The notes beneath the pieces are model-generated. The model was not told where the DNA came from. It did not search any database and worked only from the letters and a program-made list of their open reading frames with translations. A DNA stretch of 64,000 nucleotides, from the NCBI GenBank assembly GCA_040437565.1, contig JBDOQK010000031.1, forward strand, positions 62,001-126,000, written 5' to 3'. The DNA is from Albugo candida (Eukaryota). Positions 23,112-35,820 of the stretch are shown here, one piece after another. Made by a program: the position numbers and the translations under genes. The stretch's first letter is position 1, and each line of letters begins with the position of its first letter.

Positions 23112-25800
23112 TTCCATTTCCATTTTCTCGTTCCAACGCTGACTCCACATTTGAATTGTGTTGAGTAATAATGGCAGTCTTTGATTTGGGTAATTACACT
23201 TTGCACCCTTTCCTTTCATCGCATTCTCTGATGACAATGCCTCGTTCACTTCGCTTTGCAAGAGACTTTTTTTTCAATTCGAGCTCGAACCGAGCAAGGT
23301 GAGCCGAATGTTACGACATCAACTAGATTTGTATCATACCCGGTAAACACTTTCAAAGGGGATTGTCTTCCTTCATTCGCTCTGGTTGGGCTTCTATTAA
23401 GGATATACGTCGCATATTCAGCGGTATCTCCCCCAAAAAATAGCGCCATGGAGCTTCCAAATATCATAGACCGCACTAGGTTCCTGACTGTCCTATTCAT
23501 TCGTTCAGATTTCCCTTCGATGCTTGGTTTTCCGCCTCACTGATTTGTCTTCGAACTCCCTCTTCTTTGCAGAAAAGGTCAACATTTTTGTATTATGCGC
23601 CGCCATCAGTTCGTAGAACATGACTCCTGCAATCAAATCGCTTCTCGAAGTAAATCAGGAAATCTTGGAACCTCATAGCTGTTTCACTTTTAGTCTTGGC
23701 CAAGAATACCCGACAATAGCTAGATTTGCTGTCGATGTAATTGACCAGGTATCGATTTCACGTCGGTCTAAAGGCGTGATCGGACCCTTCCGATCACTGC
23801 ATATGACTCCACCAATTCATTACAATCGCTGATGGTCATCAATCTCGATTCCTAATTCCGGAAGCTTTGCTATACGCACAATAGTATCGTAATTTAGATG
23901 ACCAAATCGTTGATGGAAGTGTACAAGACTTCCCATCTGCTCTGCTTGTTTGTTTTGTCCACGAAGTCAATTGAAGCAACTATATCCATAAAACTTGAAA
24001 CGCATTCTCGACCTTCTGTCTCAATCACGCGAACGTTCTTGACCATATTTACTTCGAACACGATCGCACCATCATAAGTAAATTGAACAATTCTCGATCC
24101 ATCTGCTTGATACATCAACTTGCATCCGTTTGCCTCCAACTTTCCATACGAGACAGTGTTCCAAGGGAGGTGTTCCGAATGTTGCACATCGTTCAAGAGA
24201 ACATTCCTTAGTAAACCGTTGACTGTTGCGATAATCTTCGCCGATCCTGTCCATCTTATCTTCATTTTCTTCCCATTTGAAAGTATGCATGATTCGTTGC
24301 ATTCTTTCGATGTTGTTACATGCTTACACCGGTTAGGAGATGCCTACTGGATCCGCTGTCTAGAATCCATTTGTCTTCATTGGTTCCAGCGCAGTACCTT
24401 TGCATCCAATCCCTAAAACGATGTCTTCATTGCTGATGGAGCTCTGATTCCGGCAATCCTTTTTCAAATGTCCACTTTTTCCGCAATTGTAGCAGTTCAT
24501 TCGCCTGATCGGTTTTGATTCCCTTATCGCACCGATTCGGTCGCGAATCCATTTTGTTTGGCTCTCTTGGTGCATTACTGATGTCTAAATCCATAAGCTG
24601 GGCAAATCGACACAATTACTCGGCTTGCCGTCTGGTGTCTTCTCTCATTGTGTTGACACGGGACATCAGAGGTTGTTTAAATTCAGATTTTGCGTACTTT
24701 ATAACGCTTCCCAGAAGTATATCATCTGATCCACCAGGAGTACAAGAACGGCCAGTCGGGTTTTCGCCGTAAAAATTCGTGTTGCTTGCGTTCTGGTGAT
24801 ATTGAGCCGAAACACTTCGTTGATCCGGTCCAACACGCTAGAGCTCTGTATCAACATTGAGGGACTTGCTACTCGTTATAAGTGAGCGCTTTGCCGCTCA
24901 GATGCCGCCCTAGGCAGTTCGGCTTCACTTCCTCACTCCAAGACCCGCCGGATGGTTGTTGGGCATGCGATAGTTGTCGCAAGAATCGATAACCCCTTTG
25001 AGTAAATGGCAATCCAAGGCCCGAGTATGTTTCCTTCCTGTCGAATGGCTGAGTTGCGAGCTTGATATTCCTTGCTGACGGGGATCTGACACGGTTTATC
25101 CCGTCCAGAGCATTTCGTTGCATCGCATGGACAAAGCTTCTCCTCATCCCGCTTTCACGATGCTGCATCGGTTTCGCATCCAGGGATGACATTGTCAAAC
25201 CCTGTCCTTGGTTGCTNNNNNNNNNNNNNNNNNNNNNNNNNNNNNNNNNNNNNNNNNNNNNNNNNNNNNNNNNNNNNNNNNNNNNNNNNNNNNNNNNNNN
25301 NNNNNNNNNNNNNNNNTGCTGACGGGGATCTGACACGGTTTATCCCGTCCAGAGCATTTCGTTGCATCGCATGGACAAAGCTTCTCCTCATCCCGCTTTC
25401 ACGATGCTGCATCGGTTTCGCATCCAGGGATGACATTGTCAAACCCTGTCCTTGGTTGCTGGTCCAGCAAATACGCTTCCCGTTCGCGCGAGTGGTGGTA
25501 CGGGCGAGCCGACGCTCCGCTCGGTTTCGATCTTGTCCAGTCGATTTCCGAGTGTCTCCAGCAGCAGCATCATTCGGTCCAACTTCGACTCATCTGATCC
25601 GTCGGATTCTTGCATGGTCTTGGCTGGTGGAATTTTCATTGGGCTCATAACCTGTTGGCAGATGAGCGAAGACGGTTGCGTTGTGAAAAAATTGCCGAAA
25701 CTGAGGATTTATTTGTTGAAAATAAAAATCCTAATCAATCGTTTAGACTGAAGAATACCAAGTGCGACTAGAAACCTAAAGCACATTCTTAATTCCTTAC
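23112..25800 (-). mobile_element. Degenerate Ty1/Copia LTR retrotransposon (5' LTR end, PBS, gag, protease, integrase; 3' truncated)
   Basis: LTR end ...CCAACA followed by PBS GGTTATGAGCCC (25652-25641). Zinc knuckle CYNCGKSGHLKKDC, protease WILDSGSSRH, integrase remnants LRTDGG and ERMNRTVRNLVRSMIF..YATYILNRSPT. Many stops and frameshifts. Confidence 0.88.
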
Positions 25801-26267
25801 AACATAAATTGCTACAAAGGGCACACAGAATGAGGCGTAGTATCGCTTTCATGCAACTCATGCGATGGAAGCGCTATTTTTAGATATGCCGGCAAGGTGT
25901 ACCGAGGAATCCAAAAATAGCGGTATCGTGAGTCTGCGTCCAGTAGGGCATGGCGTTCCTATTGGAGGTCCATCATAGATAGTCAGTGTGTATTCGTAGA
26001 TTGATAGTGTCGATGGAATGTGATTAAAGCAACATTATTGTTAACAAACACGGTCAAACGGCAATAAGAATTTGTATGTATTATGTATGTATATGTATGA
26101 TGTATATTGATAAATATAATCGTGGTCTAAATCCAAAAAGATCGCTGTCTATATCTCCCTTCAAGCTNNNNNNNNNNNNNNNNNNNNNNNNNNNNNNNNN
26201 NNNNNNNNNNNNNNNNNNNNNNNNNNNNNNNNNNNNNNNNNNNNNNNNNNNNNNNNNNNNNNNNNNN

Positions 26268-26940
26268 TGCCTTGCCATGTGGTGATATTGCGTGCGCGTC
26301 TTTTGAAGAAAGCTGTGTTTGACAGGAAGAGGTCGTTGTCTGCACAAAAATCCCGGAGCCGAATACCATTATCATTTCGGTATCCGCGCGAGTATAAACC
26401 CAAAAAAGTCTCTCCTTCACATCGCTGCCCAATGTTGGCGTTAAATTTTCCCAAAATGAAGAAAAGCTGGTGACGAAAGCGGTGTATTGTTTGCTGAAGT
26501 ATGTCATAAAAGGCATCAAATTCGTCTGAAGAGCGTCCCATATGCGGGGAATAGACGTTGATGAATGAAACCGTGACTCTCTTTGAGAGTTTTGAACTGT
26601 AACACGGCGATGCGGTCGCTGACCATCCAATACCGATGCACATGATTAGCAACTCTATCGGACAATATAAATCCAAGGCCGTAATAGGGTTTCGCTGAAC
26701 GAAGAAGTATGATTCGATCGGTTGGCCGTCGGACCTCGACGAGAGCTTCTGTCATTTTAGTCTCCTGTAGAGCACATACGTCCAATTTGTACCGCGCGCG
26801 ATCTTTCCCCAAGCATGTCTGCTTATATTCGACGTTAGTCCGCGAACATCAAACGTGCCGAGTTGGAGGGTCTCAAAAGACCGGATTAAAGAGCCGTCAG
26901 AATCAGACGCTGTGGGCATGATCCAGTCAGGGCGTCACCC
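26268..26940 (-). mobile_element. RTE-like non-LTR retrotransposon, APE endonuclease fragment
   Basis: LDVCALQETK, GLGFILS, FINVYSPH, FILGKFNANIG and RNDNGIRLRDFC..NDLFLSNT..F..ITTW, frameshifted. Confidence 0.82.
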
Positions 26941-26999
26941 TTAACAACCGAAAATGTCGATCTCATTGTGAAGCAGAAATGAAAATATCCTTGTGGCTC

Positions 27000-28535
27000 T
27001 AATAGTAGAGTTTCTTTTCGACGCTTAAAAGCTGCCCGTTGCTGAGATTGCTTTTTGTTTGATACCGGTTTGATGTCGGCGGCGTCGAGGTTATGTCATT
27101 GAAACGTTGTGACAAGCAAGGCAGATTTAGGAGACGAACGAGCTGAAAACATTCGGACGGGACTGTACTTTGGAGGCGCAATGGCATGTGATGAATCCAT
27201 TCAGGCAGCAATGTCAGTAAATCTAATATAAAACTTTTTCCAACGCCCATTTTTTCCAAAATGCGAAAAACATGTACGTCCGATTGACTCGATCATTAGC
27301 TTTCTCAAAGTCGAGAAAAGTCGCATAAGCTTCCTCCCCACGATGAGTGACCAAGTCTTGGATGTCGGTGAGATGTCGAATATGACGATGCATTGACCTT
27401 CCGCGAACAAATGCTTTTTGATCTTGATGGATCAATTTTGGCAAAAACCGTTGCAATCGATACGCCAACACTTTTGGAAGTACTTTCACATCGACGCAAA
27501 GCAGTCGATCGGTCTATAGTTGCCAGGATCACCTCATGATCCTTTTTTGTATAAAAGTGTGATTGCTGAGTGACGTTGTGANNNNNNNNNNNNNNNNNNN
27601 NNNNNNNNNNNNNNNNNNNNNNNNNNNNNNNNNNNNNNNNNNNNNNNNNNNNNNNNNNNNNNNNNNNNNNNNNNNNNNNNNGACCCCAGGATGGTTATCG
27701 GCTGGCACTCCCGCTGTTGCCAAGCATCCTTCGGTGGAAACCATCATTCGTAGATTGCCACCAGGCATCTCGATACTTGAGCAATGGCTCTGCTCTCCAG
27801 TGGACTCTCGGATACCGGATTACCATGATCCTTCATAAGGGAAAAAGTATTTTTCCGTTTGGTGTACGCACCAACGCTTGACCTGTTTCCAGAATCATCG
27901 GATAGGTGGCCTTGGATACCTTAAAAGGCTTCGCTGCCTCCAATTTCGTTGCCAAGACCGACCACTCTGGATGCTGTTCATCGGCGTACAACTGCACGAT
28001 AGCCTCGATACCCGAGGCTTTCGGCTTTGGGAGCTCGAGCGAAATTTCGCCCGATCTCTAGCCTGATCCTTACGCAAGGACTCCTGTGACTTGATAAGGT
28101 CAGCCAAAGTGGGACTTTTAGTGTCGTCCGTACTTGCAGTTGCCTTTGTGTCACCCTGTGACGAGGCAACGACAGTACCACAAGTATTACCGGTACCACA
28201 CGCGAGGCGGATACCACATCTGATACCGGTATCACTTCCGACAACGGTTTTACACTTACTTAAAATATTTACACTATTTAAATTGAATTTTATAAAAAAA
28301 AATTATTAAAAATAAATAAAAAAATAAAAAAGGAGATGGTCACACTGGGGGTGAGGGTTCTCCACGTCATCACACAGGGGTGATGACTCATGAGGGCTGC
28401 CACGTCAGCACAAGTGGACGCTAGTACCCTGGGTTGTGTCGATATGTCTACTTGAACGATTGTTTTCGAGAGGAAAGAGTTGAAAAAGTAGTTTTTCGAG
28501 TTTTTTTGTAATAAATTGGCGGGTTACGTAGTAGC
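27000..28535 (-). mobile_element. L1/Tx1-like non-LTR retrotransposon relic (5' end, ORF1 remnant, RT fragment)
   Basis: RT KVLAYRLQRFLPKLIHQDQKAFVRGRS...FLDFEKANDRV (27223-27489). Broken ORF upstream on the same strand (27682-28250). The terminal ~160 bp recurs inverted at 35663-35820. Joining the parts across the gap is inference. Confidence 0.65.
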
Positions 28536-28551
28536 TGTCAAATTAAGAAGT

Positions 28552-28629
28552 CGGTCAGGGGCTCATGATAGGATAAGGAAGGTAGTTAAAGAACCAGATA
28601 AACAGTGTAATGAAATCCTTGACAAAGTA
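28552..28629 (+). mobile_element. 3' fragment of SINE family A
   Basis: Matches the 3' end of the copies at 29659-29907 and 35323-35569. Confidence 0.8.
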
Positions 28630-28724
28630 AAAAACTTGGGTGGAAATAACGCCGTAATCTGATTGGTCAAAAAATCACGCGGTGGGTGGAAATAGCAAAA
28701 AGTTGGGTTGAAATAGCAATTCCC
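28630..28724. mobile_element. Solo terminal inverted repeat of the GGGAATTGCT MULE-like family
   Basis: Ends AATAGCAATTCCC and matches 36810-36905 (inverted) and 37676-37756. Duplicated after the gap at 28897-28985. Confidence 0.75.
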
Positions 28725-29658
28725 TTTTACAATTACATCATGTCATCGATATTTCGACATGTTCACAATAACGCTACAACGACAAAAACAACGGCTNNNN
28801 NNNNNNNNNNNNNNNNNNNNNNNNNNNNNNNNNNNNNNNNNNNNNNNNNNNNNNNNNNNNNNNNNNNNNNNNNNNNNNNNNNNNNNNNNNNNNNNNTTGG
28901 GTGGAAATAACGCCGTAATCTGATTGGTCAAAAAATCACGCGGTGGGTGGAAATAGCAAAAAGTTGGGTTGAAATAGCAATTCCCTTTTACAATTACATC
29001 ATGTCATCGATATTTCGACATGTTCACAATAACGCTACAACGACAAAAACAACGGCTGTATCGTTCGATGATGGACGAATAAGCATGCGATGATCCTGCT
29101 TTTTGATAGAGCTAAACTAAAAGCACAAGGACGTCATAGTGTACGAGGCCCATCTGCTCAAATTGAGCCTCTGATCCGTGTGGCTTTGATAACCATCTTA
29201 GAACCGAAAGAGCCGGTAAAGAAAGATTTGCTTGATTGGAAAGACTCTTCAGTTCGTAGTTTCTCTTCAACTTCTGCAATAGATTCTTTCGAAGTTGAGG
29301 AAGCCGATGAGTACTGACTGCCCCCACGTATAGGTCGGACTGGATCATCGCATTGACGTGGGTGATCAAATGAATAAAGGGGTCCCGCAGCTCCTCCGCC
29401 ACGCAGCGTCTTGATGAGCGTTCCTTCCGTATTTCCATGGCTCTCAAATGAGCTCTTTGTGCGCCACGAAAGTCTAAAATCTGATCCCGTAGACGAATGA
29501 GTTCCTCCAAATGCTTCTCTAACTGCTTCCGCAGACTCTGTGATGTGTCGATTACTCGCTTCTAGTTTCTTGATATGATCGTCACGTACTGCAACTTTTC
29601 GTTTCATTTCTTTGGCGCTCTCCTCCGATGTTGCAAACTTTCGAAGAAGCTGACGGTG

Positions 29659-29907
29659 TACTTTGTCAAGGATTTCATTACACTGTTTATCTGGCTCTTT
29701 AACTACCTTCATTATCCTATCATGAGCCCCTGACCGTGTGAATATCACTTAAGTCGGACTTCAAACTTAGGGAGGCAGATATTTTCCAAGCTTCTTGCTT
29801 GGGTGGACTCAAACCGCTGCCCACACTGCCGGGGATCGAACTAACGACCTCGGGCAGGGGGTCCGTGCGCTCAAGTGCTTAACCGACTGAGCTGGGTACG
29901 GGACCCC
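29659..29907 (-). mobile_element. tRNA-derived SINE family A, ~250 bp
   Basis: A-box AGCTCAGTCGGT and B-box GTTCGATCC, followed by ~170 nt of non-tRNA body. A second full copy lies at 35323-35569. Confidence 0.85.
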
Positions 29908-30035
29908 ATCGGGGGGCCTAGCGGATAGTACAGATGTGTTCCGACCGTGTGTACCCCGGTTCGACTCCCGGCGGTGGCAAAAGGGCTGCGATGGGGCCCC
30001 TCGGCGGAGGCAAAGATTCCTCCACGTAAATATCA
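29905..30035 (+). mobile_element. tRNA-derived SINE family B (5' part; runs into gap)
   Basis: A-box-like GGCCTAGCGG and B-box GGTTCGACTCC. I could not build a clean cloverleaf, and it continues into an unrelated body. Confidence 0.6.
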
Positions 30036-31415
30036 NNNNNNNNNNNNNNNNNNNNNNNNNNNNNNNNNNNNNNNNNNNNNNNNNNNNNNNNNNNNNNNNN
30101 NNNNNNNNNNNNNNNNNNNNNNNNNNNNNNNNNNNACATGATCACACCTTCAATACCGGGTCGGGCTACCGCACAAATACGATTAACTGGTCGTCTTGTT
30201 CGGTGAACACGTGGTCAAACTGAAATTCATGAGACACCGCTTCTCTCTACAGAAAAAGATGAGAAATTTGAATACATTCTGATCGCGCATGAATGGCGCA
30301 CCTTGCAGTGGACGATGTTCTCGCTTGTTTGAGCACATTTGCGCTCGTTTTGGTTGAATTTTTGCATTGAAAGGTCTTAGTCGGCAACAAACGCGAACGT
30401 TGCCATATTCTTCGTGCTATTGAGTCATTTGGTATTAGAAATGCATCTTTATGAGTGGTCATGAGCTTACTTTTGGAGTCACCATAGAGGATCTATTTGG
30501 TAGCTTCTGTTTACCTTCTCAATTATTATTACATTGCCAGGAAGCCAGACAATGATAGCATGTGAATTGAACATAACTGATTAGCAATGGATGAAGATAT
30601 CGTGTATTTGACGAATCAAAATGTGGTGATTAAGGCAGCAGTATTTGCCATTTTCTAAGCATGTATTAGTAGCTATAGTGGCAACATGGATGGTAAAGAA
30701 GCCTGTAGTAATTGTCAAAGCTTACGGAATAGCACAACTTGCATAATTTTGCTCGCGCATCGTATCCGTTTAAATCTACTGCAAAATGAATGACGGCGCG
30801 ATGACGCTAGTGAAAGAGAGTGCCTTCCCGCCCCAGCTTTGGATAGCTATAATGTATCGATAGCTCAGGGCCTCCGGTTGCTCCTATGAGTGAATGTCGT
30901 GCTCACTACAATTCTAAATGAAAGTAACGCTGGACATAGCATCCTCTACCATGTGTACATTATTCAAGTAAACAATTGGATGTATTCAGCCACAATCAAG
31001 ATGCAATCATACCGAGAAGATCGTCAAACTCTTAATCCAACTACAGTGATTTATTCGTCTAGGATACATTCCGCACGATTTCACGGTGAGAGCCAAAATC
31101 CTTTCCGTCAAATTTAGTGTGGTATCTCGCTAAAATTTGGACGCCCAACCACACCTAAACGGCTGTTTGGTGACAACATGACAGATGGGACAAGGAGAGA
31201 CGGTCACTACGTGGGACCATACTGAAGTCATGTGAAACGTGACATAGTAATGTTTGTAATCTCATTGCACATGCATATTGTAATGTTGAAAAAAAAGGTT
31301 AATGCTGAATATATTTTACTTTAATTCTACCTGCATTGCAACAAGGGCATTCGATTTTTTTTACTTTTAGCACGATCAAGGTTGTTCATTGTGGTTCTTA
31401 GAGGAGATAAAAAAG

Positions 31416-33951
31416 CCGGTATAGCCACATACCCTAACTGAAATGAGAACACCGGTATCGCCACACCCCTAATATCCTAAATAAATGGGAACCGGTATCG
31501 CCGCACTCGCTAAATTAAAATTAATTAAGGGAACCGGTATCACCCACTTCCGTATTAAATTACAGGTTTACTTCTTGTTTGCAGGACCCACATCTTCGTT
31601 TTGCCAGTTCCTGCCCCTCTCTCTTAATTTACACAAATGCGGAAAGATCTCACTAGATACTTGTTGATCCTTTCGGCCGTCCACGTGAGGCCACTGTGGC
31701 AGGATCATCTACCCCTGGGCTTGGAATAGATGCAAGGCAACTGAGACCATGCTCAAAAGGCGCTGCCTGTGCAGAGGCAAGACCGAATAACGCTCTTGCA
31801 AATTCTTCATAATTTCCGAAAAGCTTGTTTTTTCCTGACTAGGCATTGCAGGTTGCATTGGGGGATGTACAGGCTTGAGAAGCCACCAGTGCTCATAAAT
31901 GAGCTTTATGCAAGATTGACCCAATTTTGCAGCTCTTTGATGGCATGAGAGCACGGCAATCGTTTAGTGCTCGTGAATGTTCTAGTGCACTTTTCATAAT
32001 TCTCCATCGATAGTGCCTTTTGGTACTGCTTGAAGACCTACAGAAAACAATAATATGGTCAATGCATACCTTGCCAGCTGTGGAGAGCTATATGCATACA
32101 GTAGTGCATAAAGTGAGATCTTTCTATTCACAATTGTCCACAAGCTCCGACTAAGTTGGACATTAATGTGTGAACGATCGTAGCATACCAATTTCTCATA
32201 AATTGTTGCAATCCCCTGTTGAAAGTGCGATCCATTTCTTCAAGGTTGCATGTCTGCCTTCAGCGCGAGATGTAGCTACATAGCCACTCTCATTAATAGC
32301 ATCTTTCAGAAGCACCCAATTCTCTTCGAATTCCTGTTTAGTGGTAGAGCATTACAATCCGTGCCACTTTGCGAAAACTTCTTTCCAGTCTTCGTCCTTT
32401 GGAAAGTGCTTTTAGCATTTTCCATGACATTCTTATTTGATATGCCATATGCAAAGCAGATTCTTCGCTTCAGGTAAAACCCGTGAGGTTGCAGCCATCA
32501 ATGCCAATTATCTGTCAGTGACAATGGCAATCGGCCGAGTGATTTTACCTTGAAAAGTATCCTCATTAACCCCAGTGCCCCAATGTAGTCGTCTTCTGAT
32601 TCGTGTCGCGAGAATACTTAGCAAAGGGAATCTGGCAGGTTTGTGTATGACACACCCATGACATGGAGCAATGGCATTTGAAACCTGGAGATTATTTGCT
32701 CTTAGTTGTTGTTGGAAAACGATTGATTGAATCCCCCCAAAAATCCCCCCTAAAAAATATTGTCTGACGAGATGCAAGGCTTAGGTGCAGTTAAGAGGCG
32801 CGATAATTGACCCGATGAGAGATCCCTCTCGATCTCATGTCTAATGGCACTTTCCTCTAGTGTGTCCAGCAATGCTTACAAGAGGGCAACGACCAAAGAG
32901 AAACTCCGCTCGTTCACGTTTTCTACCATGGTAAATGTCTTGCCCGGCGGCAAAAAAAAAGAAGCAGGATCAGACCGCTTCATCGTACTAAAAATTAACC
33001 GAGGAGGTGCTCCGCCTTTTGGAAGTCCAAAATTTGCTGCTTCTGCACCTGGTTCAATACCCTGGTTTCTGGTACTGCTGCAATATTCTCTGCTGCCTCA
33101 TGATTGTGAGTTGCAACGACCACACTCACTCGCCATTCTTGCATAGAATTTTGATTCAGCCTGCGCTGAATGGTGACTAATCATGGGCAAAATAGAAGCC
33201 GCGTTGATGTTTGGTGGATCGTCGTGTCCTTGTTTTTGTACCGACCACCGTGGACGCAAGCAAGCCACACCTTCAAGTATTTCCTTACTTGTCGGTCTTT
33301 GTGCGGGCTTTCTTTGTGCAATAGCCTTTTTTCCCGGCAAAGGTTTGTACTGCCTCTTCTGCAAACTCATAGGTCTCATAGGTGTGTTCCGCGGGTAGAG
33401 CAAGTGGCATAGTGAGGATAGAGCATACGTTAGCGTAGTTATAGCTAGGGCTACAAATGGATCTAGAATCAGATCCATTCAGCAAATGGACCAACTCTCA
33501 GATCCAGATCCAGTGGATCCATTTGCAGCCCTACTTATAGCAATGTATGTAGGTGTNNNNNNNNNNNNNNNNNNNNNNNNNNNNNNNNNNNNNNNNNNNN
33601 NNNNNNNNNNNNNNNNNNNNNNNNNNNNNNNNNNNNNNNNNNNNNNNNNNNNNNNNATACGTTAGCGTAGTTATAGCTAGGGCTACAAATGGATCTAGAA
33701 TCAGATCCATTCAGCAAATGGACCAACTCTCAGATCCAGATCCAGTGGATCCATTTGCAGCCCTACTTATAGCAATGTATGTAGGTGTATAGCGAGTTGA
33801 CTAATTTGGTGTGTGGCTATACCGGATTCCTTAATTAGGGGTGTGGTGATACCGGTTCCCATTTATTTAGGATATTTAGGGGATACCGGTGTTCTCATTT
33901 GAGTTAGGGGTGTGACTACACCAAAAGGGGTGTATGGCTATACCAAATGCC
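31416..33951 (-). mobile_element. MULE A with degenerate FAR1/MULE transposase
   Basis: TIRs with repeated ACCGGTATCGCCAC units. 9-bp TSD ATAAAAAAG (31407-31415, 33952-33960). FAR1-like TYETYEFAEEAVQTFAGKKGY and MULE-domain IAIVTDR*LALMAA...LPEAKNLLCIWHI. Confidence 0.85.
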
Positions 33952-34039
33952 ATAAAAAAGTGTGATCTTATTTTATGGGAGCTTCTATCCGGACACCCCC
34001 TCTTTGCTAATCAACCCCCCCTCCTCCCATATGTTTTAT

Positions 34040-35072
34040 GGGAATTCCTAAACTCACCCCATCCACTTTTTTAGCCAATCCTATTTTATTATTTTAATTA
34101 ATCTTGAGTGATTTGATCAAAAGTGGAACTTGATGCAGGACGCAACCTGCAACTCCTGGCATTATGTCCTGTTGCTTGACAAATACTGCATGTGGGAAGG
34201 CGCTAGGTTTGTGATATAGAAATCAGAGTTTGATTTCTGGCTGGACATATTCAAAAGCTGAAGGATCTCTTTGTGCTGAATGATTGCGTGAGCCTGATGA
34301 TCTGCCTCTTCCCTGATTGTCGGAGGATCTTGGATTGTTGTGTTTGTATTTGATTGTTGGCGAATTGAATTGTAAATGTAATTTTGCCGATGAGGTAGCT
34401 CCAAAGTTAGCAAGTCAAAAATTTCCCGTCTTTCTTGATTAATGTAGGTTGATGGGGGTTTCCTGCTTGAGCCACCATTGTGAGTCAAAGTCTTTTCTTT
34501 GCAAGTGGTGTGTTGTGTTCAATTAGCTGGTTTAATTTATGTTCACATTGTATGCCCAAGGTCAGCTAATGTACACCGGTGCAAGTGGTCCTTGGTAATT
34601 CGCTATTTCGCTATTGTTGTTGGGGTTCAATTGATACTGATTTCGGGCTATATTCAATGCATGCTTTATTCTGAATTTTCTTGAATTGAGTTGCACAAGA
34701 AAGCCTAATCCTATTGTAAACAGAGAGCAAATCCCTGAAACTTTTACCGATGTAGTTTTTTAATGTTGCATGCATCCCTTTTAACAAGTGCTTATTAATA
34801 ACCGCACAAACGGTCGCACACAGAGACTTATTATTTAAAAGGTATGTTGGGAACTCCTTAGCATTTATCTTATGTCTCTCTACGACCTTTCACTGCCTAC
34901 GACTCTTCACGAGATGGTGATCTTCCACCAGTGGAGATCTTCAACTTACCGTAGCTGTATGCAGTAGATCCGGCTGGCTAAAATATCAAATGTGATTGGA
35001 TAGAAATGGGATTGGCTAAAAAAATGGATGAGGTGAGTTTAGGCAAAAGCGAGGATGAGTGTAGGAATTCCC
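34040..35072. mobile_element. Non-autonomous MULE C nested in B
   Basis: TIR GGGAATTCCTA..ACTCA.C.CATCC. Perfect 9-bp TSD ATGTTTTAT (34031-34039, 35073-35081). Confidence 0.88.
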
Positions 35073-35322
35073 ATGTTTTATATATTTGTATATACCTCCC
35101 CCCCCATCATAATCAAATATGAGTCAGTACCTTGTGATATTTTGGTCTGTCTATGTGTTGAGTTCGGCGTTTCAGTTTTGGTAAAGGGAGATGCGTTGAC
35201 AAGATTCCATCGACATATAATTTAAGGGAGCCGCTATGGCCACAGACATTAATACTACGGCCACAGAAAAAACTACTACGGCCACAGACAATTGATCTAA
35301 CCAGTCACAGCTCACAAAGTTA

Positions 35323-35569
35323 TACTTTGTCAAGGATTTCATCACACTGTTTATCTGGTTCTTTAATTACCTTCCTTATCCTACCATGAGCCCCTGACCG
35401 TGTGAATATCACTTAAGTCTGACTTCAAACCTAGGGAGGCAGATATCTTCCAAGCTTATTGCTTGGGTGGGCTCAAACCGCTGCCCACACTGCCGGGGAT
35501 CGAAGCAACGACCTCCGGCAGGGGGTCCATGCGCTCAAGTGCTTAACCGACTGAGCTGGGTACGGACCC
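35323..35569 (-). mobile_element. tRNA-derived SINE family A, second full copy
   Basis: Near-identical to 29659-29907. Confidence 0.85.
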
Positions 35570-35662
35570 TAAAGTGATCGACAGGTATCGATGTAGGGAC
35601 CTTTCGCATAGCGTTCGTGCACTATACTGACTGAGCTAGTGTGTTAAACTTCTCAATTTGCC

Positions 35663-35820
35663 GGCTACTAAGTAACCGCCCAATTTAGTACAAACAACTC
35701 GAAAAATCAACTTTTTTCAACTCCTTCCTCTCGAAAACAATGGTTCAAGTCGACATATCGACACAACCAAGGGTGCTAGCGTCCACTTGTAGTGACGTGG
35801 CAACCCTCATGAGTCACCCA
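35663..35820 (+). repeat. Second copy of the element end seen at 28375-28535 (probable L1-like 5' end), running into a gap
   Basis: Reverse-complement match to 28375-28535. Confidence 0.7.

Larger units (their letters stand above)
29112..30462 (-). pseudogene. Kinesin-1 heavy chain-like pseudogene (motor start + tail), interrupted by two SINEs and a gap
   Basis: GNVRVCCRLRPFNAK and HEFQFDHVFTEQDDQLIVF (motor N-terminus, 30140-30410). VHRQLLRKFA..KRKVAVRDDHIKKLE and VRPIRGG resemble the kinesin-1 tail coil and IAK motif. Frameshifts and stops are present. Confidence 0.72.

Noticed and set aside
29158-29748. 196-aa ORF as a real gene
   Set aside because: Its first ~30 codons are SINE A sequence fused by chance to the frameshifted kinesin tail.
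29830-29990. Functional tRNA genes
   Set aside because: A/B boxes are present but there is no proper cloverleaf or anticodon arm, and the sequences continue into repeat bodies, so SINE heads are more likely.
28375-35820. Inverted pair 28375-28535 / 35663-35820 as TIRs of one 7.4-kb transposon
   Set aside because: The element bodies extend away from each other and the second copy is nested inside MULE D. They are better explained as two separate copies of one element end.
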